From NCBI GenBank assembly GCA_965220325.1, contig OZ244821.1, positions 3,037,924 to 3,101,923 of the forward strand: 64,000 nt of DNA, given 5' to 3'. Origin of the DNA: Candidatus Poribacteria bacterium. Its GTDB lineage: Bacteria; Poribacteria; WGA-4E; WGA-3G. Under the pieces are notes generated by a model. It searched no databases. It saw only the letters and a program-made list of their open reading frames with translations, and had not been told where the DNA came from. The position numbers and the translations under genes were made by a program. This document shows, one piece after another, positions 1 to 8,800 of the stretch. The first letter of the stretch is position 1. Every line of letters starts with the position of its first letter.

Positions 1-737
1 ATCGCAAGCATGAGGGCAGTGCTTGTCCGGCGAGTCGCCGCTGAAATCAGCATGCCGATTAGGTAGAACAGCGACAGATAGACAAATGATGTAAAAACGA
101 CCCCACCGATGCGCAGAAAATCATCCGTGCTTAGAAATATAGATGCAGATGTCGTTAGCATAATTAGCGCGAGGAGAATACACATCAATAAAGGTATCAG
201 CAGGCATATCATACCACTCATGTATTTGGCAAATAGGATTTGACCGTGGCGAACAGGATGCGTCAGCACAAGCCGTAATGTGCCGCGTTCGCGTTCTCCC
301 GCAAGCGTATCGTAAGCAAAGACGAGTGCCAATAGGCTCAGAATTCCTTGAAAAATAAAAACAAGATCAATCGCAGAGAAGAGATTGAGAAACGGGTTAT
401 CCGATCCATGTTTTCCAGCATCCCAGAGTGTTGGCACGAAGAAGTGATTAACACGGATTGTGTTCCCTAATCGTTTGTCTAAACCGACATTAAAAATGCT
501 CAACGGGTTGGGTGGACGATCAATTGTTAAGTGGGCTGCTGAATAAGTTGTTTGATTCAGCATTTCTTGCTGATGCTTTTTGACTGCAGTATTGTAACTT
601 GCCAGCCGCCGCTCGTAATCTCTGATGAGCACAGCAGTCGTAGCAACAACAAGTAGCAACATAATCAAGACAGCTGCCGCAAATCGGAACGTCATGAGGT
701 TGTCGAGGAGTTCTCGACGGATAAGTATTGTTAGCAT
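1..737 (-). CDS. ABC-2 family transporter permease (C-terminal part lies outside the window)
   Basis: Own minus-strand translation from ATG at 735-737: MLTILIRRELLDNLMTFRFAAAV... It has a GERERGTL motif and several hydrophobic helices, and is a paralog of the next gene. No stop codon before the window edge, so it is absent from the ORF track. Confidence 0.55.
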   Translation of the reverse strand, partial: MLTILIRRELLDNLMTFRFAAAVLIMLLLVVATTAVLIRDYERRLASYNTAVKKHQQEMLNQTTYSAAHLTIDRPPNPLSIFNVGLDKRLGNTIRVNHFFVPTLWDAGKHGSDNPFLNLFSAIDLVFIFQGILSLLALVFAYDTLAGERERGTLRLVLTHPVRHGQILFAKYMSGMICLLIPLLMCILLALIMLTTSASIFLSTDDFLRIGGVVFTSFVYLSLFYLIGMLISAATRRTSTALMLA

Positions 738-806
738 AATATTTCCCCTATGAAAACGCCAGTGAATGGAATTCGCTCACAGTTCCGATCCCTTGACCTT
801 TCCCTT

Positions 807-2213
807 TTAAATATCAACGCTGAAGAATTTTAGGAACGCTACGGTCGTCAACACAACTGCTAAGAAACAGAGCAGCAGTAAATCTACTATAGAGTGACGG
901 ACGGTTTCTGATAAGCGCGTTTTTGTCATATCTGGCGGCGGGGAAATTTTCTTTGGTTTTGGTTGATCTTGTCGCATGAACCTCGCAAATTGATCGTCTG
1001 AAATTTCATGGAAATATTCCGCCTCAAGTTGGTTATAATAACGCGCGCCCGTTTCAAAATAGGTGTCCCTTTTTATTTTGCCGGTCTCGGTTAAATTCAT
1101 GGCGACATAAATGAGTGAAGCTGTCGGTGTGATTCGGGAAAGGGTTTCTCCGACCGATTCTTGCCGCTTTTTTTCACGTTGATAGGCTCGTTCTATTTCG
1201 CCGACTTGCTCCTGAAATTTCTGTCGATATTCGGCATCAATCGGTTCCCTGAGTGCCCTGATTTTTTCCTGATCCCTGCTGAGGTTAAGCTCCCCTAAAG
1301 TGCTCATTTTTTTTAGAATCACCTGGTCCTTTTCTGTAGTGAGGTTATTATGAATCGCTGTTTTTTCCATATAGACGCTCTGAATCGCGCGTGTCGGTGC
1401 AATAAATTTAGCCGTGAGAAACCCAACGCGTGGGGCAATCAACACCGCAAGCACCCAGACAGTGAAGGCGACGATGAGTGCCGTCTTGGAATTGTCTAAA
1501 TAGGTGGAAATTAAGGTCCCTATTGCAAAAAATACGCCGATGTAGAGCAACGAGACGACGGTCAAACTGAGCACGCGTCCGAAGATGTCAGATTCACCCA
1601 GAGGAAACCCTTGCGAAACAAGCAAGAGCAAACCTAACAGGAATGACACCAAAAACGGGACAACAAACACGATATACCCACCCATTAGCTTGCTCCACAA
1701 GAACAAATCTCGTGGGAGTGCATTTGCCAAAGTTATCCGCAGCGTTCCGGCTTCTCTTTCCCCCGCAACGGCATCAAACGTGAACAATAGTGCCAGTAGA
1801 CTGAAAACGGTGCTGACAACAAATAGGAAATCAAGATTCCCTAAAGCAGAGGAGAGCGAGCCTTCCCCAAGCGATGTTGATCCGTGTTTTACACCGTTGC
1901 GGGTCATCCCAAGGTAACTCGGAAGGGATTCCCCTAAACCTTTTGCAAACACACTTAAAGGTGTCGGTTCAAGAAAAAGTTTAGAGAATTCTGTATCTGG
2001 AGCGGGCGGATCTCGAAGCCAATGAAGCGCATCATCGATTTCTGCAGCCGAGAGTTCGATAGCTGCCTGATAATTGACCTGATTTTGGAGGTAATTGCGG
2101 TAATTGATGTGCAAGGTCAGCGGTACGAGCAGAAGACACATCACGAGGAGCGCGACGAACCGGACGCTGAGGATATGATGCATCATCTCCTTTTGGATCA
2201 ATGTCAATAACAT
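807..2213 (-). CDS. ABC-2 family transporter permease with a large extracytoplasmic coiled-coil loop
   Basis: 468 aa. N-terminal TM helix, about 250 aa charged coiled-coil loop, then 5 TM helices with a GEREAGTL motif typical of ABC-2/NosY-like permeases. Its N-terminus resembles that of the upstream paralog. Confidence 0.6.
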   Translation of the reverse strand: MLLTLIQKEMMHHILSVRFVALLVMCLLLVPLTLHINYRNYLQNQVNYQAAIELSAAEIDDALHWLRDPPAPDTEFSKLFLEPTPLSVFAKGLGESLPSYLGMTRNGVKHGSTSLGEGSLSSALGNLDFLFVVSTVFSLLALLFTFDAVAGEREAGTLRITLANALPRDLFLWSKLMGGYIVFVVPFLVSFLLGLLLLVSQGFPLGESDIFGRVLSLTVVSLLYIGVFFAIGTLISTYLDNSKTALIVAFTVWVLAVLIAPRVGFLTAKFIAPTRAIQSVYMEKTAIHNNLTTEKDQVILKKMSTLGELNLSRDQEKIRALREPIDAEYRQKFQEQVGEIERAYQREKKRQESVGETLSRITPTASLIYVAMNLTETGKIKRDTYFETGARYYNQLEAEYFHEISDDQFARFMRQDQPKPKKISPPPDMTKTRLSETVRHSIVDLLLLCFLAVVLTTVAFLKFFSVDI

Positions 2214-2260
2214 GTTAAATTCCCCTTATTTTTTATGGATAGGACTTACGCATTTCCTCT

Positions 2261-2401
2261 TAAAGTCCCCCTGATAAGGGGGATTTAGGGGGTTAAATAC
2301 ATCGAATTAAAGTCCCCCTGATAAGGGGGATTTAGGGGGTTAAATACATCGAATTAAAGTCCCCCTGATAAGGGGGATTTAGGGGGTTAAATACATCGAA
2401 A
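2261..2401. repeat. Three perfect tandem copies of a 47-bp unit TAAAGTCCCCCTGATAAGGGGGATTTAGGGGGTTAAATACATCGAAT
   Basis: Read directly from the sequence, period 47 bp. Each unit holds a C5-TGATAA-G5 hairpin plus a second G5 run. It lies between the stop of the ECF-sigma gene and the start of the ABC permease gene. Confidence 0.9.
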
Positions 2402-2408
2402 TTACGGA

Positions 2409-5213
2409 TTAACGTTCCAAACGAAGCACACCACGATGCTCAGTGCCAACGTAAAAGGCATCTCTATCAACAACGAGAGACGTTATGGCACTTGGAATTT
2501 CAGGCACAATTTGTTCCCAAGTCCTTGTTTCCTTTGCTAAGTGATAGATGCCGTCGTCATTCGCGCCATAAACAGTGTCCTCTGTTGTTGCTAACGCCTT
2601 AATGATGGTGCTTTCTCCCGCGTTATCGGTGATTGCATTCCAAACAACGCCATCTTTTGAACTGAAAACGCCTTTGTCGGTTGCGACCTGAACCGTTGCG
2701 TCAGCAAAGACAATTTGATTGAAGCGTTCAACAGACAACGACAGATGTGGTGTAATGTCGTTCCAACTATCCCCACCATCAAGCGATTGGAAGAGCTGTC
2801 CGTCCCGTTTACCGACATAGACGGTCTCTCCTGAAACCGCAATTTTAAAACGTTGTGCCATGTTTTCACGTGTGAGTTCACAAGTCTCTTCAACGCCTGT
2901 ATCCGACCATCTTACGTCACCCGGATTCCATCGGAAGAGTTTATAGTTGTACTCCATGTAATACGTTTCGCCACTGATGGCGAAGCTGCCGTATAAACCC
3001 TCCAACATCAATGCGTAAGTGAGTTGACCATCGCCTTGTTCTCGACCCAACAATTTTAGAAAGCATTCTGCACCAAATCTCGGATTCTCGCGTATTGTCT
3101 GGGTTGATAAAGACTCAGAATTAACGTCTGGATCATCTGTAGAGCGGGTAAAGGTCATTTGGCCCTCTTGTCTCGGTAGCCGATAAGAATCAAAGGGGAA
3201 TGTCACTCCCTTGAACACCGTCCACATGAGACTTCCTGAATCTCGCGGAGGTGGTGTCTTTCCCTCTTCAAAAATATAACCCTCAACAGGCTCTAAACAA
3301 TTTTTATCTGGTACGAGATGATAATAAGCCGTCTCACAATTACGTCGAATTCCTTTTGCATACAGAACACCGTCGGCTTCGGAAATCTGTACAATTAGCG
3401 GCGTGTCTTCCCTATCTTTGAGTTTCGCATTGAACTTTGGTATTTCAAGCGTATACCTTGGTCGTAGGATGTCAACAGCAGTCCACGAGCTGCCTGCGTC
3501 TGTTGATTTGACGACACCCCCCGCAACCGTCGCGTACAAAGCCTTAGCTGCTTCTGAATTTGGACGCGTCTCTTCTAAACTGATTAAGTTATCCACGTGG
3601 CACTCAAACCTTGTATTGAATCGGTGCCAGGTTTCACCGCCGTCCCTTGAGCGATGGATGCCAGTGATGCCCCCTGTATAAAAGGTGTTTTCGTCTAAAG
3701 CGACAGCAGCGTTCACACTAAAAATCATGGGTGTAATGCCGGAGGATTCTGTGGAACGCCAAGTGTCTCCACAGTCTGTTGAGCGAGCCACAACGCCTTC
3801 CTCTCCACCTATCAGTAAGACGGTTTTTCCAGAGGCGACCAGTTTAATCGGCGGCAACGTTTTCATTAGAAGATTCCGGGCATCCGTGGGCGTTACATCT
3901 GTCCAAGAGTCGCCGCCATCGGTTGATCGGAAGACCCACCACGAATCCTTACGCATATCACACAAATTGTGGTAATTTTCACTTGGCGTTCCGTCCCCTT
4001 CAAATATATTTACTTCTACGGCGACATAGATAGTGTCTTCAGATACCACCAAAGAACGCACGACCACAGTATTGTCCACCGGCAACTGTAGGTGTTCCCA
4101 CGTTCCCGCGTTAAGACGGTAGATTCCGAGAGAGGTTCCGGCAAATAGCGTATCTCCGCTCAATTGTAGTGTATAAATTCCCGATTTCTGTGTGAAGCGG
4201 CTGTCTAAACCGTCATTCATGTTTTGCCATGAATTTCCTGCGTCATCAGATCGGAAAATACCTTTATTAAGGGTAACGTAAAAAGCATCTTCGGTAATCA
4301 GCAATTCCCTCACGTGTCCGTTTGGACAAGGACCGATAGCATTCCAAGTTTTGCCGTCATCGGTTGATGCGAACAACGTATCGGATGGAATTATATAAAG
4401 CGTGCCATCGTGTTCAGCAATAGGGATATCGCCTGCGGTCCCTTGACGCAAAAAATCGGTGTTGACAAGTTGCCATTCATTTTCACGCGCAGGCAATTTG
4501 TAAATGTTCTCATAACCCATCACTGCGTAGAGTGACCCATCCGAAGTTTTCGTTAGTGTCCCGACTGGTGCCGCCACGCCGGGTTCATTCATCTGAATCC
4601 ATTTCATAACATCCTCCATGATATCATCTGATACTTGGGAACTGCCCAAAGCTTCGCGAACGACAGGGGTCTCTTTTTGCAATCGTTTCCGGGCGCGGTG
4701 GAGTCGGCTCTTGATCGTGTTCGGCGACATCTCCAGAAAATCACCGATTTCTTCGCAACTCATCTCACTGAGATAGTGAAGTGCTACGACTGTCCGTTCG
4801 CGCTCCGTTAGTTTTTGCAGGAGGTATTCAACGATCTCGCGTTGCTTATCTGTTGCCGAGTTTTCGGTCTGTTCTGTCAGATATTGGGTGTAGAACAGTG
4901 CCTCTATCTCTGCTGTATCCATCGCCTCCAAAGATTGCATCGGGATTCTTTTCTCCGCAAGCCATGCGAGGGAACAGCGGGTAGCAATCATATAAAGCCA
5001 CCCTGAAAACCGGTTTGGGTCTCTCAGCGTTCCGAGTTTTTGGTAGGCTTTAAGGAAAGCGTCCTGCGTAATTTCTTCAGCGATTTGGTAATCTCTTACC
5101 CGGCGCCATAGGAATGCGTGTATCTGCTTCTCGTATTTTCTCACGAGTGCGGTGAAGGCACTTTCATCGCCTGCTAAGATACGTTCAACCCATTTCGCGT
5201 CGTCGTTTTTCAT
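2409..5213 (-). CDS. ECF (sigma-70 family) sigma factor fused to a C-terminal BNR/Asp-box beta-propeller domain
   Basis: 934 aa. The N-terminal 190 aa carry sigma70 region 2 (DAFLKAYQKLGTLRDPNRFSGWLYMIA) and region 4 (ERERTVVALHYLSEMSCEEIGDFLEMSPNTIKSRLHRARKRL). The remainder carries at least 8 S/T-x-D-x-G-x-T/S-W Asp-box motifs (STDDGKTW, SDDAGNSW, STDGGDSW, STDCGDTW, SRDGGETW, STDAGSSW, SLDGGDSW). No TM segment is apparent. The RBS GGAGGA precedes the ATG. Confidence 0.8.
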   Translation of the reverse strand: MKNDDAKWVERILAGDESAFTALVRKYEKQIHAFLWRRVRDYQIAEEITQDAFLKAYQKLGTLRDPNRFSGWLYMIATRCSLAWLAEKRIPMQSLEAMDTAEIEALFYTQYLTEQTENSATDKQREIVEYLLQKLTERERTVVALHYLSEMSCEEIGDFLEMSPNTIKSRLHRARKRLQKETPVVREALGSSQVSDDIMEDVMKWIQMNEPGVAAPVGTLTKTSDGSLYAVMGYENIYKLPARENEWQLVNTDFLRQGTAGDIPIAEHDGTLYIIPSDTLFASTDDGKTWNAIGPCPNGHVRELLITEDAFYVTLNKGIFRSDDAGNSWQNMNDGLDSRFTQKSGIYTLQLSGDTLFAGTSLGIYRLNAGTWEHLQLPVDNTVVVRSLVVSEDTIYVAVEVNIFEGDGTPSENYHNLCDMRKDSWWVFRSTDGGDSWTDVTPTDARNLLMKTLPPIKLVASGKTVLLIGGEEGVVARSTDCGDTWRSTESSGITPMIFSVNAAVALDENTFYTGGITGIHRSRDGGETWHRFNTRFECHVDNLISLEETRPNSEAAKALYATVAGGVVKSTDAGSSWTAVDILRPRYTLEIPKFNAKLKDREDTPLIVQISEADGVLYAKGIRRNCETAYYHLVPDKNCLEPVEGYIFEEGKTPPPRDSGSLMWTVFKGVTFPFDSYRLPRQEGQMTFTRSTDDPDVNSESLSTQTIRENPRFGAECFLKLLGREQGDGQLTYALMLEGLYGSFAISGETYYMEYNYKLFRWNPGDVRWSDTGVEETCELTRENMAQRFKIAVSGETVYVGKRDGQLFQSLDGGDSWNDITPHLSLSVERFNQIVFADATVQVATDKGVFSSKDGVVWNAITDNAGESTIIKALATTEDTVYGANDDGIYHLAKETRTWEQIVPEIPSAITSLVVDRDAFYVGTEHRGVLRLER

Positions 5214-5675
5214 GCGGATCCTCCAATCAACAATATTGACTTGTGATATGTGACAGGTATTATAGGGTGGTCGGTTGCAAATTCGTAATTTTGCGTCTAA
5301 ATACTCGATATTTGCGCAATTTGCGTCCGTCCTGATTAAATTATTTGCTTTTTTTCTAAAAATATCTTATAATATCAGTCAGATACAGTCTTTAATAATT
5401 TAATTATTGAAATTAAAAATTAAATTGACCGATTGTAACCCATTGGCGTGCCCGTTTGAAAAAGCGTCGCACAGTCAGTTTTTTCAACCCCAAAACCGAA
5501 TGTCTGAGAATAAAAATGCCAAGTAGATGCCTCAATACTAATATTACCAGATTGACTTTCCCCGCGCCCCGACTTGACAGTGTGTGTGGTGAGAGTGTGC
5601 ACTGCTGCTCAGGATATTCGTTGCTTCTGTGTATTATTAACTCAGAGTTAACTGTGTCATCTGCACGGTTAACAG

Positions 5676-5687
5676 CCCCCCCCCCCC
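5676..5687. repeat. Homopolymeric C12 tract in the divergent intergenic region, about 195 bp upstream of the giant adhesin gene
   Basis: 12 consecutive C residues counted in the sequence. Confidence 0.9.
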
Positions 5688-5747
5688 GCTTAACAATTAA
5701 TAAGTATTGTATTTTACAAAATAGTACAGCCTTCAAGGATGTCCTCT

Positions 5748-5800
5748 CTTTAGTCATGCCCGCGCGCGTTTCGTCTTGCACGGAACGTTTCGTCGCGGGC
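5748..5800 (+). promoter_or_regulatory. GC-rich hairpin (GCCCGCG...CGCGGGC, with an internal CGTTTCGTC direct repeat) followed by TGTTTTTATT. It is a terminator- or attenuator-like element in the leader of the giant gene.
   Basis: The inverted repeat and T-run were read from the sequence. It lies about 80 bp upstream of the TTG start at 5881. Confidence 0.35.
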
Positions 5801-5880
5801 TGTTTTTATTGCATTCGGCTTTTCTGAATGCGTCTTATCGCTACCACTTTCTATTGAATACCGATAAAGGAGTTTAGACC

Positions 5881-8800
5881 TTGCTATTGACAAACAAAAA
5901 ATGTATCGTATCAATTTTCCTAACCACTTTTATAGTTTTTTTAACACATATATCCGGTTACGCAGATATAACCCCTGTCCAGGATCGCACACCACAGATC
6001 CGGGATGCGATTGTTGCCGCAGTGCCAGGTGTTAACAGTGCCAACGATGTCACCGCAGCACACCTCGCAGCCATTGCAACCCTGGAGGCTTCCAATAAGT
6101 CAATCAGTGCTTTGAAAGCTGGAGATTTCGATGGCCTCACCGCGCTGACAACGCTCGATCTGTCTCGCAATACCATCAGCGATATATCTCTGCTTGGGAG
6201 CTTGACTGCACTGACGGCACTCGAACTGTCTCAGAATGCCATCACTGATATATCTGTTCTTAAGAAATTGACGAAACTCAGATGGCTCTTTCTATCTCAT
6301 AATGCCATCAGCGATATATCTCCGCTTAAGAACTTGACTGCACTGAAACATCTCTGGCTCGGTGGCAATGCCATCAAAGATATATCTGCGCTTGAGAAAT
6401 TGACGAAATTGAAAAAACTCTGGTTGTCTCGCAATGCTATCAGTGATATATCTGTGCTTGAGAAATTGACACCACTGACAGCACTCTGGCTGGATGGTAA
6501 TGCTATCAGCGATGTATCTGCGCTTGAAGGTCTAATCTCGTTAGTGAGTTTAAATCTCAGTGGCAATCCGATTTCGGATTACGGTCCGCTGCGTAGACTC
6601 AAAACCGCCAATCCGGATATAACCATTGATATTGATATTGATGAGAATGATAATAGCGCGCCTGTATTCACCGCTGGCAGTAGCACGACGCGGTCTGTTG
6701 CGGAGAACACGGCTTCCGGCACAAACATCGGCAGTGCGGTATCCGCGACAGATACCGATAATGATACCTTAACCTATACGCTGGGGGGTACGGATGCGGC
6801 TTCGTTTCGTATTGTTTCGACCTCGGGACAACTCCGAACCAATGCTGCACTGGATTATGAAACGAAATCGTCCTACTCCGTGACTGTCTCCGTTTCTGAT
6901 AGTAATGGTGGCAGCGATAGCATTCCTGTCACGATCAGTGTGACGAACGTCAACGAAGCACCTAACTTCGCCAGCAGCACCGCGACGCGTTCGATAGCAG
7001 AGAACACGGCATCTGGTACAAATATCGGGACTGCTATTACTGCGACAGATGTGGATACCGGCGATACACCAACCTATACACTGGGTGGCACGGATGCGAG
7101 TTCGTTTAGCATCGTCAGCACATCCGGTCAACTCCGAACCAACGCTGCATTGAATTATGAAACGAAATCGTCCTATTCCGTGACGGTCACTGCCAGGGAT
7201 GCGGGTAACCTCTCGGATACGATCAGTGTCACAATCAGCATCACAGATGTCAACGAGGCACCCAACTTCGCAAGCAGCACAGCGACGCGTTCGATAGCAG
7301 AGAACACGGCATCGGGACAAAACATCGGAGCTGCTGTGGCAGCGACAGATGTTGATGGCGACACCCTCTCCTATACGCTCGGTGGCACGGATGCGAGTTC
7401 GTTCAGTATCGTCAGCACATCCGGTCAACTCCGAACGAGTGCGGCTTTGGACCGTGAAACAAAAGCCTCCTACTCCGTGACAGTCACTGCCTCCGATGGG
7501 AGTCTATCGGATACGACCACCGTCACGATCAGTGTGACCAACGTCAACGAAGCACCTAACTTCGCAAGCAGCACAGCAACACGGTCCATAGCAGAAAACA
7601 CCGCCTCCGGTCAAAACATCGGCACCGCTCTCACTGCGACAGACCCAGATGGCGATACACTCTCCTATACGCTGGGTGGCACGGATGCGAGTTCGTTTAG
7701 CATTGTGTCCAATTCCGGTCAACTCCGAACGAGTGCGGCTTTGGACCGTGAAACAAAAGCCTCCTATTCCGTGACAGTCACTGCCTCCGATGGGAGTCTG
7801 TCGGATACGACCACTGTCACGATCAATGTGACGAACGTCAACGAAGCACCTGTATTCACAGAAGGTAGCACAGCGACGCGTTCGATAGCGGAGAACACGA
7901 CTTCCGGCACAAACATCGGAGCTGCTGTGGCAGCGACAGATGTCGATGGTGATACCCTCTCCTATACACTCGGTGGCACGGATGCGAGTTCGTTTAGCAT
8001 CGTCAGCACGTCTGGTCAACTCCGAACCAGTGCGGCTTTGGACCGTGAAACAAAAGCCTCCTACTCTGTGACAGTCACTGCCTCCGATGGGAGTCTGTCG
8101 GATACGACCACTGTCACGATCAATGTGACGAACGTCAACGAGGCACCCACTTTCGCAACTACCACAGCAACGCGCTCGGTCGCAGAGAACACGGCAGCCA
8201 ATCAAAACATCGGCGCAGCTTTCACCGCAACGGATGTCGATAGTGGGACTACGCTCACCTATTCGATCCCTACAACCGGGGATGCCGCAGCCTTCAGCAT
8301 CGTCAGCAATACAGGGCAACTGAAAACAAAGAATACCCTGAACTATGAAGTTAAAAACGCCTATACGGTTGTTGTGACGGCTTCCGATGGAAGTTTGACC
8401 GATACGATCACCGTCACGATCAGTGTCACAAACGTCAATGAGACACCGACGTTTGCTACCGGAACAACCATCAGTAGTATTTCTGCCACCAAAGGAACGG
8501 CAATCACCTCCGTGACCTTGCCAGCAGCAACGGACCCTGACGCGAACACTACTATCACATACACGGTGACACCGACACTCCCCGCCGGGTTGACATTTAC
8601 GCCTTCAACGCGTATCCTCTCAGGCACACCTACGGCTGTGTCGGCTTCAGCGACTTATACCTATACGGCGAGTGATAGCAACCTTTCAGACACTTTGACG
8701 TTCACAATTCAAGTGAACGCGCCTGCTAACAACGCACCGACGTTCACGGATGGCACCAGCACGACGCGCTCGGTCGCAGAGAACACCGCTTCAGGGCAAA

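Noticed and set aside
2261-2401. Possible CRISPR array (47-bp periodic repeats)
   Set aside because: The entire 47-bp unit is repeated without unique spacers. There are only three copies. No cas genes are nearby. It belongs to the palindromic repeat family seen at 14789 and 17661.
5456-5827. 123-aa ORF in the divergent intergenic region, spanning the C12 tract
   Set aside because: No RBS. Odd composition. It overlaps a hairpin and the poly-C tract. The region is more plausibly regulatory.
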